Notes: generated by a model not told the origin, from the letters alone. A DNA stretch of 64,000 nt from a virus (IMGVR_UViG_3300011335_000709:5506-69505); one strand, 5' to 3'; counted from the stretch's first letter, positions 17,654 through 27,613 are shown. Made by a program: numbers and translations.

Positions 17654-19357
17654 TTATTCCGCAACTTCTCCGGTTGGCTCTTCGGTGCCAAGAGGAGGCG
17701 TTAGGAGGTCACCTACCATGCCAGCGGGAGGAGGATTGAAGGTTCCGACAATCCTCTGACCCATACGGCTTTGAATCCTATTTCTGAGGGTATTTAGATT
17801 AATGTTGGTGGGCTTACCATTCTCGACGTATGTGGTATTTCCAGCTTTGATTTGACGATCAACCTCATTCAAGAGGGCATAGTTTTTGCGATAATCGGTG
17901 GTATCGGCCTTCGGTTGTTCGGCCGGAGTCATTGCTGAAGCCGGGGACTTTTCCGGGGTAAATTCCCGGTTGGTTTGAGTCGGAGGTGAGAATGCCCACG
18001 TATTGCCCAGCGCCATCTTCCTATTCGCCACGGGCGCAGTTGGCTCAACTTGAGGAACAACTGGCTTTCCACCCTTTTTATTTTCTCCACTAAATGCGGG
18101 AAAGGCGGCTAATGCGGCCAAAGGATCTTCCTGTTGTCTGACAACACCCACCTGTTGAAGTTTGTTTTTGTAGGCCACTATTTCTTTCTCAATCCGAGGG
18201 GAGATCAAGTTATTCCTATCTAAAACTCCGGCTGAGTAGGAGGGCGCTAAATTCGGGGCAGGCCATTTGGGTCGGACTGTTCCGTCTGCATCCGTAATTG
18301 TAAATTCAGGGTTTGAAAGCTGTGCCTCTTCAAGACTCCGCAATGCATTTGCTTCTCTGGCCAAAGTCGACGTACTTAAAATCTTATTCCTATCAAGGAA
18401 AAGGCGTCGTTTTTGAGTTGCAAAAGCCTCGGTGTCTCTTTCTGTTTCCGGTGTTCTGGCGAGCATGTCATCAAATTGATTTTGAAGAGCGGGAGATATT
18501 TCCGCTAATTTTCCATCTTTGCCATCCAAATAAAACTCATCCAGTTGCTGGGTTGCAGCGTTTTCTTCAACAACTTTTCTTGCATTGTCCAATCCAGTCA
18601 AAAGGGTGGTTACTCCATCCCTAACTCCCACGTCGGGTAGCGACATAAGGGGAAGACTCTTCTGCCTCAAAGAGGCTATAGCCTGGTCTCTTTCGTCAGG
18701 AGACATAAGGCTCAATCGGCTTTGTAACTGACTGCCCTCCTCGAAAACTTTATTCAACTCCGGAAGAGCAACTTGAACTCTCTGTGCCTGCGCTGATTTC
18801 TGCATGGCATCTGTGATATTTGCAGCCTGAGTCATGACCTGACTAAAATTGGCTATGTTGCCTGAGTTTATTGCTTGTTTATTGTACCAATTTTTCATTG
18901 CCTCTTGATCGTTATTCGCTGCATACCTTGCGAATTCAGCAAGGCTCGCGCCAGCAACTTGATCCTGCATGTATTTGTTGGCTTCTAAGTCGGCTTCTCT
19001 CTTTTCTTTCTGTTTGTCAAATTCAAACTTTCTCTCGTCTAGATCTTGTTTCGCAGCATCTTTATTGAGAGTGTAATTAGCTCTGGCCTGTTCTACCTCG
19101 GCATTGGTCTGCATCTGATTAAGTTTTGCAAAGTCGGAGGCAGCCGATTGTTGCATGGCTGCCATTTTAAGATCCGCGTCAAGAGCTTGATTTTCTCTTT
19201 GAGCAGCAAGTTGAGCATAACCGAGCCCTATTCTCGCTTGGGCTTGCTCGTTATCTTGGAAAAGCTGTTGTCTCTTTAGATAATCATTTCGTGAATCAGA
19301 AAGAATTTCACGAACCTGACTGATTAGCGACGGATCGGAATTGGGGGAGAGTGGCAT
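17654..19357 (-). CDS. putative internal virion (ejection) protein, ~567 aa
   Basis: Start reassigned to MPLSPNSD at 19357, directly after the upstream TAA; Gln/Ala-rich helical composition; position before the giant gene. Confidence 0.6.
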   Translation of the reverse strand: MPLSPNSDPSLISQVREILSDSRNDYLKRQQLFQDNEQAQARIGLGYAQLAAQRENQALDADLKMAAMQQSAASDFAKLNQMQTNAEVEQARANYTLNKDAAKQDLDERKFEFDKQKEKREADLEANKYMQDQVAGASLAEFARYAANNDQEAMKNWYNKQAINSGNIANFSQVMTQAANITDAMQKSAQAQRVQVALPELNKVFEEGSQLQSRLSLMSPDERDQAIASLRQKSLPLMSLPDVGVRDGVTTLLTGLDNARKVVEENAATQQLDEFYLDGKDGKLAEISPALQNQFDDMLARTPETERDTEAFATQKRRLFLDRNKILSTSTLAREANALRSLEEAQLSNPEFTITDADGTVRPKWPAPNLAPSYSAGVLDRNNLISPRIEKEIVAYKNKLQQVGVVRQQEDPLAALAAFPAFSGENKKGGKPVVPQVEPTAPVANRKMALGNTWAFSPPTQTNREFTPEKSPASAMTPAEQPKADTTDYRKNYALLNEVDRQIKAGNTTYVENGKPTNINLNTLRNRIQSRMGQRIVGTFNPPPAGMVGDLLTPPLGTEEPTGEVAE

Positions 19358-19358
19358 A

Positions 19359-20477
19359 TTAACCGTTATACTTTTGCCCGGTATATTTATCAAATATGTC
19401 GGTTCCTCGTACAGAGAACCTGTTCTGCCCCGACCCAAACCTCGAGTTAAGATTTTCTGCTTTATCTTGAAGATCTTTAGTTCGTTGAGCTTCCGGGGTC
19501 AGAGGTGTGTATTGAGTCCGCTGTCCGGGTTGGTAACCAACATATTTTCCTGTAGTAATATCAAACTGTCCGGGTCTGGCTTGACTCTGCCAAGCGTTCA
19601 TCAGATTAGCATTTGCAATGTTTTGGTTGCTTTGTGCTTGAGTGAGCAATGTATCATATATGGCGGAAGGATTCACCATCAGATTTGCCATCGATATCGG
19701 GGCGGCCATTGCCTGCTTCTGCTGGGCAAGTCCTACGCTCCTACTGAACAAGTCGGCTCCCTGACTCACTGCGTCCATGCTTGAACGTCCGAAGTCGCGA
19801 AGTGTTAGATTCCGGCCAAGTCCGCCTCCACCTAATCCTGATCCTAAGTTCGCCCCAGCGGAGGAACGAGCTATTGATTGGGCAGTAGATTTAGATACTC
19901 TTCCAGAAAGAGCGTCCAGAGCCTGGCCACCAAGAGCCGCCATGCTGGCATCAAAAAATGGAAGATTTGACTGAAATGCTTTTTGAGTCGGTGCGTTATA
20001 CCTTTCTGTTAAAGCCGCGAGCTCCTCGGGATTATTTACCTTCCCGAGCATTTTGGTATAATCTTCTAGTGGAATATCTAATTTCTTCATTTCGGGAGCT
20101 GCTCCCAAAAAGAAATCTAACGGGGCTGCTTGTTGTTGTGGCATAACGTATGCCCCTCCCCCACCCCCGCCACCGCTGGCTTTGCCGGGAGTAGAAAAAC
20201 CGCTGACTTTTTCTCCTGATTCATTTACGTATCCTCCTCCTTCTAATTTTCTATATGTATGCCCACCGGTCCCTTGTATTGTTGGACCATAAGCTGCTTG
20301 AGCTGGTTTGCTAGATTGCCATCCAAATTGGTTCGTAGTAGTTGATCCAGGAATTCCAGATTGAAGACTTCCCCTTGCTGGATTCGCAGTGGGTTGGGTA
20401 TAAGTTGTTCCTTCTTTAGCCTTAAAAAGTCCGGCTGTACTGCTTGGTGCTTTTGAAGCTGAAAATTTTGCTGCCAT
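19359..20477 (-). CDS. putative internal virion (ejection) protein (372 aa)
   Basis: Gly/Ala/Gln-rich; position after the tail tubular genes, as in P22/T7-like podoviruses. Confidence 0.6.
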   Translation of the reverse strand: MAAKFSASKAPSSTAGLFKAKEGTTYTQPTANPARGSLQSGIPGSTTTNQFGWQSSKPAQAAYGPTIQGTGGHTYRKLEGGGYVNESGEKVSGFSTPGKASGGGGGGGAYVMPQQQAAPLDFFLGAAPEMKKLDIPLEDYTKMLGKVNNPEELAALTERYNAPTQKAFQSNLPFFDASMAALGGQALDALSGRVSKSTAQSIARSSAGANLGSGLGGGGLGRNLTLRDFGRSSMDAVSQGADLFSRSVGLAQQKQAMAAPISMANLMVNPSAIYDTLLTQAQSNQNIANANLMNAWQSQARPGQFDITTGKYVGYQPGQRTQYTPLTPEAQRTKDLQDKAENLNSRFGSGQNRFSVRGTDIFDKYTGQKYNG

Positions 20478-20479
20478 AA

Positions 20480-21745
20480 TTATGCCATGTTTGCGATTTC
20501 ACCCATCGCAAACGCCTCCATTTGAACCTGGGGTCTGCCAATGTTAGTCCCTTCGACTTCCTTAAGTTCTTCACGCAGGAGTTCGACGGCTTTTTCCTCA
20601 TACTTCATGGCTTCGTCCAGGTTATTGTTTTCTTCTTTTTCGATAGCTATCGCCATCATCTTTAAAGCTCCTAGGTTGGTCACGATCAAATCGTCATCAT
20701 CAGTGACCACGGGAATAAATTTGCGTTTGGCAAGTACGGTCACGGCTACACCTTCTTCTCTTTCATGACCAGGAATTGCATAGCGTCTATACTGGGGCAA
20801 AGTCTCGTCGGGCGCAAGTATGGCGATGCAATATTCAGCACCCGTGGTCGGATCGACTGCATAGACGCGAACCCAACCTTTCGTGGGGCTTTTGTTTATG
20901 GCATCGATGGATCGGAAAGCATTGACTGTGGTTCGGGGAAGTTCGGTTAAAATTATTGCGATATTCCATGTTGCAGTCCACGGGTAAGAAGTAACAGTAC
21001 CAGTAGCAACTACCGTTGGGGACAGAGCAAAAGCGCCTGGCCATGTCGGATCCCCGTATGGCATCTGAGTCAAAGCCAATTTCCAGGAACCACCGATACC
21101 TGAGTCGGAATAAATATAATACAAGCTACCCGTTTTGCCGTATGCTGGCTTAGAATTTACAGTGCCAATCCATGAATAAACCCCATTGGCCACGCTGTGT
21201 GTGCCGGTAATCCCAGAAACCAAAACGCTAGAATTACCAGACCCAGCACTTAAATTCAAACGCTCGCCGTCGATGTAGACTCCGTTCTCAATTGTCTGGA
21301 CTCGGTTGTTGTAGGAATCAGATCCGCGAAACAAGATGGTAGAGGTAGCGTCTTCCGCGAGATCGGTGTAGACACGGATATATCTCTGGGAGTCTAGCGG
21401 ACGGAAAGAAGGAACAAATCCACGATCTTGCAATTGTCTCCAAGCCCCGGCGGGAGAAGTTCCTGGGCCGTTGGCCATGAACTCATACCACTGATTATAA
21501 ACTTGAGCGGGGGCGCCACCATAATTGTACCCTAAAATGGATTCAAACTCGCGAGGCAATGTGATGCATCCACCATAAACGCAAACGGAATAACGTCCGT
21601 AAGTTCCGGCGTATAATCCTTTATTGAGCAAACGTTCCTGGGCTTCGTTGGTGCGGGCAAGCAACTGAGGACTGTCCGGGCACATCCCATTCTGGGTTAC
21701 GCGGGCCAGTTGTTCTTTAACCGATCCGTAGGTGCGACGGATCAT
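20480..21745 (-). CDS. tail tubular protein A / head-tail adaptor-like protein with an inserted beta domain
   Basis: Helical N-terminus (NEAQERLLNKG) and C-terminus (ALKMMAIAIEKEE...LREELKE) typical of adaptors; synteny. Confidence 0.55.
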   Translation of the reverse strand: MIRRTYGSVKEQLARVTQNGMCPDSPQLLARTNEAQERLLNKGLYAGTYGRYSVCVYGGCITLPREFESILGYNYGGAPAQVYNQWYEFMANGPGTSPAGAWRQLQDRGFVPSFRPLDSQRYIRVYTDLAEDATSTILFRGSDSYNNRVQTIENGVYIDGERLNLSAGSGNSSVLVSGITGTHSVANGVYSWIGTVNSKPAYGKTGSLYYIYSDSGIGGSWKLALTQMPYGDPTWPGAFALSPTVVATGTVTSYPWTATWNIAIILTELPRTTVNAFRSIDAINKSPTKGWVRVYAVDPTTGAEYCIAILAPDETLPQYRRYAIPGHEREEGVAVTVLAKRKFIPVVTDDDDLIVTNLGALKMMAIAIEKEENNNLDEAMKYEEKAVELLREELKEVEGTNIGRPQVQMEAFAMGEIANMA

Positions 21746-22191
21746 GAGTAGTGTCCTACATAAACTTTATATTTAAATCCAACAGGAGCTGTTGGGGCTG
21801 TAGGCGTCAGAAAAGAAATTTGGGTAACAGTAACTCCCGAGAAAACATTGACTTGATACGAGGTGTTAGGCTCACCCCAAGGCGATTCCGGAATAACTGT
21901 GTCCGCAATTAAAACCAAATCGCCCTGATTAAACGGAACAAACTCCAACCAATTACCGTTATTATAAAGTCGAATTGCTTTGGGGTTACCCGTGGAGGAC
22001 AGCTCAAACCATATTTTGTCTTGATTACCAGATGTAGGAGCTGGCTGAGTATTACTTACTATAAATGTTTTAAACTCAAGGTTTTCCACTACGGTCATAT
22101 AATTCTTGATGAGCTCCATCAAGTCTTGTATGTTTCCGGGGTAACCTATGGTTGGAGGAACAATTCCTGGTGTTAAGGTATATTGCGCCAT
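21742..22191 (-). CDS. tail-associated protein, paralog 1 (149 aa)
   Basis: Shares DKIWF, W.EFVPF..GDL.LI, SPWG.P and GFKYK.YVG with the adjacent gene. Confidence 0.65.
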   Translation of the reverse strand: MAQYTLTPGIVPPTIGYPGNIQDLMELIKNYMTVVENLEFKTFIVSNTQPAPTSGNQDKIWFELSSTGNPKAIRLYNNGNWLEFVPFNQGDLVLIADTVIPESPWGEPNTSYQVNVFSGVTVTQISFLTPTAPTAPVGFKYKVYVGHYS

Positions 22192-22200
22192 TGCAAGATG

Positions 22201-22229
22201 ATACTACGAATCCAGGGGTAAAGTGTCAA
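22201..22229 (-). promoter_or_regulatory. promoter TTGACA-N17-TAGTAT, 9 nt upstream of ATG at 22191
   Basis: Read from the sequence. Confidence 0.6.
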
Positions 22230-22232
22230 GTC

Positions 22233-22679
22233 TTAGTACTGACCTACGTAAGCCTTATACTTGAACCCCGCGGGAGGGGGAGGGGCGGAGGCCGCGACTA
22301 CCGATGTTGTGGTGGATCCTGAGGCTGTGTATGTTATAACTGAATACGTTTGTCCCGGGTTGCCCCAAGGAGAAGCCACCGCAAAAGTGTTTGGTATAAG
22401 AATCAAATCTCCAACCTTAAAAGGCACAAACTCTTTCCAGTTCATGCCGGTGTACCTATAAATAGCTCTCGGACCACCAAGATTTGTCTCTTGAAACCAA
22501 ATTTTATCCGAATTTAAGGAAGCCGGTATCGGATTGGTTACGCCCCTTACATAAGTTTTAAAGTTTATATTATCGTCGAAATATAAATATGTTGATAGAA
22601 AATCTATGAACCCCTGTACTGTGGCGGGATAGCTTGGGGTGGCTGGAACAGCTGTGGACTTTAGGTTAAACTCGGCCAT
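22233..22679 (-). CDS. tail-associated protein, paralog 2 (~148 aa)
   Basis: Tandem paralog of 21742..22191; start at MAEFNL, 6 nt after TTGACC-N16-TATTCT (22686-22713). Confidence 0.65.
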   Translation of the reverse strand: MAEFNLKSTAVPATPSYPATVQGFIDFLSTYLYFDDNINFKTYVRGVTNPIPASLNSDKIWFQETNLGGPRAIYRYTGMNWKEFVPFKVGDLILIPNTFAVASPWGNPGQTYSVITYTASGSTTTSVVAASAPPPPAGFKYKAYVGQY

Positions 22680-22709
22680 AAACAAAGAATATAGATTTAA
22701 TTCAGGGGG

Positions 22710-23336
22710 TCAAGGCAGCGAACCCCATAGATTTATGGGGCAAGTGGATGATGTAAGCCATTGCTTTGCTCCTGTGCATCCGCATTTTAAACACTTCCCC
22801 ATACCCATTCTTGCTTTCCCATCCCAAAACTCGCAAGCATTACAAATGAGCATTCTCTCTGCATGTTGTTCGGGTGTAACTTTTTTGAACCCAGTTTTCG
22901 CTGAATCAAGCATGGCAGTTCCAAAATTCTTGGCCATTTGGAATAAAGATGGATCGAAATCGTTTATTACTTTTGGTATAATATTTTCTTCTGGTATAGG
23001 GTTTTCTTCTAGCGTAGAATTTTCTTTTTTCTTTTTATCTGGCCAAAAAGTTTCGGGGTGAGCTTCTTTAAAATATCGAGCAGATAAAACTCCCTCAATA
23101 AAAAAAAGAAATTCCTTATTTTCCATAGCACGTCTAAAAATTTCAAGTACAATTTCCTGTCTTTTTGGATAAATTTTAATGCTGTTTTCTTTTGTAAATT
23201 CGGAGTTTAAACTTGGTATAAGTTTAGGGAATAATGACTGAAAATATTCGTAATCAGTTGGTCTCAACTCTTTAAGTTCTGGTAATAGAATTAAAATATA
23301 TAAGTCTAATTCGGCTAGTAGAGTTTTTGTGTTCAC
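22710..23336 (-). CDS. protein with C-terminal CxxC...CxxCGC...CP metal-binding motif (208 aa)
   Basis: ERMLICNACEFW...KCLKCGCTGAKQWLTSSTCPINLW; visibly AT-rich. Confidence 0.65.
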   Translation of the reverse strand: MNTKTLLAELDLYILILLPELKELRPTDYEYFQSLFPKLIPSLNSEFTKENSIKIYPKRQEIVLEIFRRAMENKEFLFFIEGVLSARYFKEAHPETFWPDKKKKENSTLEENPIPEENIIPKVINDFDPSLFQMAKNFGTAMLDSAKTGFKKVTPEQHAERMLICNACEFWDGKARMGMGKCLKCGCTGAKQWLTSSTCPINLWGSLP

Positions 23337-23343
23337 GTCAATA

Positions 23344-23371
23344 TGTATACGTAAGTTTTATCTTTGGTCAA
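23344..23371 (-). promoter_or_regulatory. promoter TTGACC-N16-TATACA, 7 nt upstream of GTG at 23336
   Basis: Read from the sequence. Confidence 0.5.
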
Positions 23372-23390
23372 CGTTAAATACAATCTGTAA

Positions 23391-24062
23391 TTAGGCCGAC
23401 GGTACGCATATGCAGCTTCCTTGAGCGTCAATTATTGGTGCTTCTCCCTGACCGCAGCAACACGAACCGCAGCAATCACCAGTTCCAGTCTCTGACGGAC
23501 AACATGCGCAAGGTGGATCTTCAAAATCGCATACTCCACAATCTACCCCCGTACACTGACAACAGTCAAATGGACACTCGCTACCCGGAAAAGGTGGAAC
23601 TGGAGTACTTTTTTTAGAGTCGCATAATTTTTCTGTTTGACCGCAGTCAACATAGTCATGTTCGGAGCATGGAAGGCAATAACAATGAGTACAACTTTCA
23701 GGAGGGCAACCACTGCATGTAACTGTTGCCGGTTCTGAACCGTCGAATCCTAATGCCGCGCAATCTGTTCCAAGAGCATATTCTCCACCTGATTCACATG
23801 AACATGTAGATATGCACTGATAGCATCCGTGAGAATCATTTGGATTTGGACATGCGAAGGCAAAAGTACATTCCTCACAACCTCGTAAACAATCTCCCTT
23901 ACAAGTTGGGATATTGTACGCTCCATACTCATTGCAATTGCAAGGTTCCCCTGGTTCAGGAGGTTCATCAGGCCCCTTTTTACAATCCCCGCAATGTGGA
24001 ACATCCGAACATAAACAACAAGCTCCTGAGGATCCTAAAATTACATTAATATTGTTTCCCAT
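23391..24062 (-). CDS. extremely Cys-rich protein (223 aa, ~41 Cys)
   Basis: Manual Cys count; CC, CxC and CxxC arrays; tightly packed in the tail operon. Confidence 0.7.
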   Translation of the reverse strand: MGNNINVILGSSGACCLCSDVPHCGDCKKGPDEPPEPGEPCNCNEYGAYNIPTCKGDCLRGCEECTFAFACPNPNDSHGCYQCISTCSCESGGEYALGTDCAALGFDGSEPATVTCSGCPPESCTHCYCLPCSEHDYVDCGQTEKLCDSKKSTPVPPFPGSECPFDCCQCTGVDCGVCDFEDPPCACCPSETGTGDCCGSCCCGQGEAPIIDAQGSCICVPSA

Positions 24063-24064
24063 AA

Positions 24065-24373
24065 CTAGGTTACCGACGCTAGAACATATATAGTGCTTTC
24101 TATCCCATTAGCACAATAAGTTACTGGGGTTCGACAATAGGATATTCCGTTAGAAACTACGCACTCCGGATCTGCTGGGGTCGCGTCTGGATTAGGCAGA
24201 GCCAGACCTTGAGCTGGTGTTGCAAAGGCTTCTGAAAAAAAAGCTGAATCATTGGGGTTTGGACCAAGCGAAAAAGCGCCTGGTAGTTCTAGTCTCAGCA
24301 CGGCTCCGGCTCCTCCCGAACTTAAAATTACGGGGTCAAAACCTGCGGATTGGTCGATAACCTCGAGAGCCAT
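24065..24373 (-). CDS. small tail-region protein (102 aa)
   Basis: On the ORF track; 2-4 nt gaps to its neighbours. Confidence 0.6.
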   Translation of the reverse strand: MALEVIDQSAGFDPVILSSGGAGAVLRLELPGAFSLGPNPNDSAFFSEAFATPAQGLALPNPDATPADPECVVSNGISYCRTPVTYCANGIESTIYVLASVT

Positions 24374-24377
24374 ACGA

Positions 24378-26345
24378 TTAACACTCGCCTAGATCGCTAA
24401 TATCTTTCTTGGTACCATGAAGACGAAACAGACTCAACCTTGCTTGTCCCGTCCATTCAAGTTTGGGTTGAAACATGTAGCCAAATCTGGCTAATCTTCC
24501 AGACACAGTAACACAATTCTCTGGGGGTTTGATTGTTCTTACATTTAAATATGCCGGTCTTAAATTCTGAGGTATTGTAGTTTCCAACGGAACTGAATTT
24601 CCAGTAATAACTTCAGTTGATCCAGTTTGAACTTGGAAAAATGTCGGAAAATAATCTGGACGGAAGGAGAACGTCCAAGAGAAAATAGGAGATTGTTGGG
24701 TTTCTGATGGGGATACATTAGGGCCGAAAATATCGGAAAAACCAATATCAGCTCTAACTAACTCTTTAACTTGTTCTGGGCTATCGAATGACATTCTCCG
24801 AAGTTCAATGCCACTTGTAATCGGAATTTTTGTATTTGATGAATCGGTGTCGCACACATCGTCTGTCGTGACTTCATACAACGCATTGTGTCCATCCGTA
24901 CCACAGCATAAGGCGAAGCAGCGTTCCCTGGTTCGGAACGAGCCGACTATAAGTCTTGATATCTGAAGTCCGGTCCACTCCCCGTCATAAGCCGCAGGAA
25001 GCGCCTCCCCCCGAATAGATCCGGGAGCAAGGTCGGCGCTTATCAAAGATCGATGGACTACGTTAAATCCGCCGGAATAATTTGAGTTTACTGGCTGAAT
25101 AATGGGGGCGGCGCATAACAAATATCTGCTATCAAAGAATACTGCATCTGAGTTTTGAATCCATCGATCTGTATCAAAATCTAATACTCGGGCGGCTTCC
25201 GCGCTGTCTGTCAGAACAACAGCAGAACTTATTTTTTCTTGCATAGTTTTCCTGAAAGCCATTATGCCTGCCCTAGATCGGAAGTACAAATCGTTTGCGG
25301 TTCCGGCTAAACTTTCATGAGAAACTTCTCCGACCCCGTCAAAAACAAATCTTTGCATGCCGACTGTATCCTGCCATAGCTCGCGATTATAGATATAAGA
25401 CCGAACGGCGTTTACGGATTTCTTTGTGAAAACAACTAGATCTCCCTCTCCGGAAGTAGTGTCTGGACCTGGAACAATCCCGAGGGCGGTAATAGTGTCG
25501 TCAAAACCAAATGCGCCTCCTCCAGTAAGATATAATATCTCAGAAAAACGAAGCTGGGCATCTATAGAACTGTTTACCAAATCGCCGGCATATAATTCAT
25601 TATTTCTAGCAATCCACAATCTTCCGTTCCCATAGACCATTGGTCCACCGACGGGAATTCCAATATTTTGTTGTAGGGGGCCGGGAGTAAAAAAAGAAAA
25701 CTCGGCAAAAGCTGTTACTTGAGTTGGCTTACTTACGGTTATGGCGGTAGCTGAGTCTACGGATACAATTCGAGTTTGACTTAAAACTCCTCTTGGGGCT
25801 TGCACTAGCATTCCAGGGGACAAACCTGAGGTACTCTCAAGCGTAAGCCGAGAAGTATTAAGGGCCATAGAACCAACAACTTTTACTGTTGAGGGAACAT
25901 CTTCTAGAATTCCCACCGATCTGTAAGAATTTCTTCCAGTATAAACTATAGCGGGAGACTGGCCATCTTGAACTACGAGATACCCTCCGGCATTAACCAA
26001 GTAAGCGACTGGGAGAGAAGGATTGTTTCCTCCGGAAACGGGGGTCACATCCAGAGAAACGGGGGACCCCTCCATGGGATCTATTGTGTAGAGTCTGCCA
26101 GAGACGCAAAAAGCTATAGTTTCTCCGGAACGTGAAGGATAATATAAAGCTCCTTGAATTTTACCGCCCGGCAAAGAAGTTATAAATCTAAATCCAGGTC
26201 GTGATCTTGGGTAGCCACCACGAATTTGAACATTTGTTCCCCATGAAAATTGATTGTCTTCTATGATTGCCGGATCTATACTTGAATTGGCGCCACCAAT
26301 AAAAGATTCGGCTCCCTCAACTATTCTATTTTGATCACGAATCAC
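24378..26345 (-). CDS. tail tubular protein B / nozzle (P22 gp10-like stabilisation protein), 655 aa
   Basis: Beta-propeller-like composition, N-terminal NVQIRGGYPRSRPG, size and synteny. Confidence 0.6.
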   Translation of the reverse strand: MIRDQNRIVEGAESFIGGANSSIDPAIIEDNQFSWGTNVQIRGGYPRSRPGFRFITSLPGGKIQGALYYPSRSGETIAFCVSGRLYTIDPMEGSPVSLDVTPVSGGNNPSLPVAYLVNAGGYLVVQDGQSPAIVYTGRNSYRSVGILEDVPSTVKVVGSMALNTSRLTLESTSGLSPGMLVQAPRGVLSQTRIVSVDSATAITVSKPTQVTAFAEFSFFTPGPLQQNIGIPVGGPMVYGNGRLWIARNNELYAGDLVNSSIDAQLRFSEILYLTGGGAFGFDDTITALGIVPGPDTTSGEGDLVVFTKKSVNAVRSYIYNRELWQDTVGMQRFVFDGVGEVSHESLAGTANDLYFRSRAGIMAFRKTMQEKISSAVVLTDSAEAARVLDFDTDRWIQNSDAVFFDSRYLLCAAPIIQPVNSNYSGGFNVVHRSLISADLAPGSIRGEALPAAYDGEWTGLQISRLIVGSFRTRERCFALCCGTDGHNALYEVTTDDVCDTDSSNTKIPITSGIELRRMSFDSPEQVKELVRADIGFSDIFGPNVSPSETQQSPIFSWTFSFRPDYFPTFFQVQTGSTEVITGNSVPLETTIPQNLRPAYLNVRTIKPPENCVTVSGRLARFGYMFQPKLEWTGQARLSLFRLHGTKKDISDLGEC

Positions 26346-27613
26346 ACAATCGCGCTCGTGTTAAATACGACGGCCCTCAAGGTTGATCCGGAAGCAAGGG
26401 TATAAGGAGTAGCGCTAAAATTTCTGAAATATACGTTAACCGTATTGGCTGCGGTAACATATGCACTGGTAATAACGTCAGTATAAAAACCAGCGCCACT
26501 TGGAGTTGGTACGGAAACAAGTACATAATTTCCAACAACAGCACCTGTGACCGTGATGGTTCGAGAAGTCACCGATGATACGGCAATAGTGAAAGTAGAA
26601 CTAAACACAGACTCTCCATAATAAATTCCGGTGATTCCGTTGCTGACCGATCCGTCTGGTGTCACCACCAAACCTTTTGAGTTGATGATCCCATTTACAG
26701 TTAAATTTGTGCCGGATGCGGGAACGCCAACTGCGGAAGGTGAAGGAGTTCCGACGCCAACAGCTGAGTCGGTTGCACATAAGCGAGTTTCAGAACTAAC
26801 GCCTAGAACCGTAAAGACGGTTCCAGAGTCTGCGATAGGATTCACATTCAATGTTTGTATTCTTGCCGCGCCTAAAACATCAAGTAATGCACCAGGTGCA
26901 TTTGTGTTGATCCCGACCCGATTAGCTACTGGGTCAGTATACAGCAAGTTGGGAGAAGATTGTCCCTCAACTCTAAAAATTGAAGTACTACTTGCTGAAT
27001 CATTTACCGTTACAGAACCCTGTAGATCGGCATTCCCCGTAGACTTGATATCTCCTTCCACATGAAGTTTTACGGAAGGCGTATTAGTGCCTATCCCGAC
27101 GGAGTCCGCGCTTGCATCCACAAATAAAAGATCATTATCGGTTGTTCCCGATACGTGTGTATCAACATCGGCCAATGCTTCATTGATTCGGACGGCACCG
27201 TCAAGAGCGGTGGGCCCCGCCACGCTAAGAGAATTAAAATTAGCGACTGCTAGAATATTTCCGGACGGAGTCACTTTTCTTCCGGATGGAACAGTTCCAC
27301 CTAAAGCAATTCCGTCTGTAATTAGCAAGTTCACCACTACCTGTGTCGATCCGGCCAGTGAGGTTACTTGATAATAACCGGCTGCTTGAATATAAATAAT
27401 CTGGCTTAAAGCTATCCATGCATTATTGGCTACTGTTAGAGTGGCCGTATACGGGCTTGTCGGGTAAGCCGCGGCTGGCTGAACAAAACTGGCTGTGAGG
27501 GTAGTGAAAGCGTTGATGCCATTAGTCCCGTTCGTTCCATTAATGCCGGCAAGACCCTGAGGTCCTTGAGGCCCAGCTTCCCCAACAACAAGTGTATTAC
27601 AATCGCAGCTCAT
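26342..27613 (-). CDS. tail fibre protein (423 aa) with a short collagen-like N-terminus
   Basis: GEAGPQGPQGLAGINGTNGTNG; repeated VGIGTxxP...LxVxG fibre motifs. Confidence 0.7.
   Translation of the reverse strand: MSCDCNTLVVGEAGPQGPQGLAGINGTNGTNGINAFTTLTASFVQPAAAYPTSPYTATLTVANNAWIALSQIIYIQAAGYYQVTSLAGSTQVVVNLLITDGIALGGTVPSGRKVTPSGNILAVANFNSLSVAGPTALDGAVRINEALADVDTHVSGTTDNDLLFVDASADSVGIGTNTPSVKLHVEGDIKSTGNADLQGSVTVNDSASSTSIFRVEGQSSPNLLYTDPVANRVGINTNAPGALLDVLGAARIQTLNVNPIADSGTVFTVLGVSSETRLCATDSAVGVGTPSPSAVGVPASGTNLTVNGIINSKGLVVTPDGSVSNGITGIYYGESVFSSTFTIAVSSVTSRTITVTGAVVGNYVLVSVPTPSGAGFYTDVITSAYVTAANTVNVYFRNFSATPYTLASGSTLRAVVFNTSAIV

Noticed and set aside
19358-19438. Track start MGRGRTG for the 594-aa protein (likewise the track starts at 4861, 4180, 39608, 43032, 43258, 48435, 50596)
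   Set aside because: These extend into upstream genes or promoters; downstream ATG/GTG starts fit operon junctions better.
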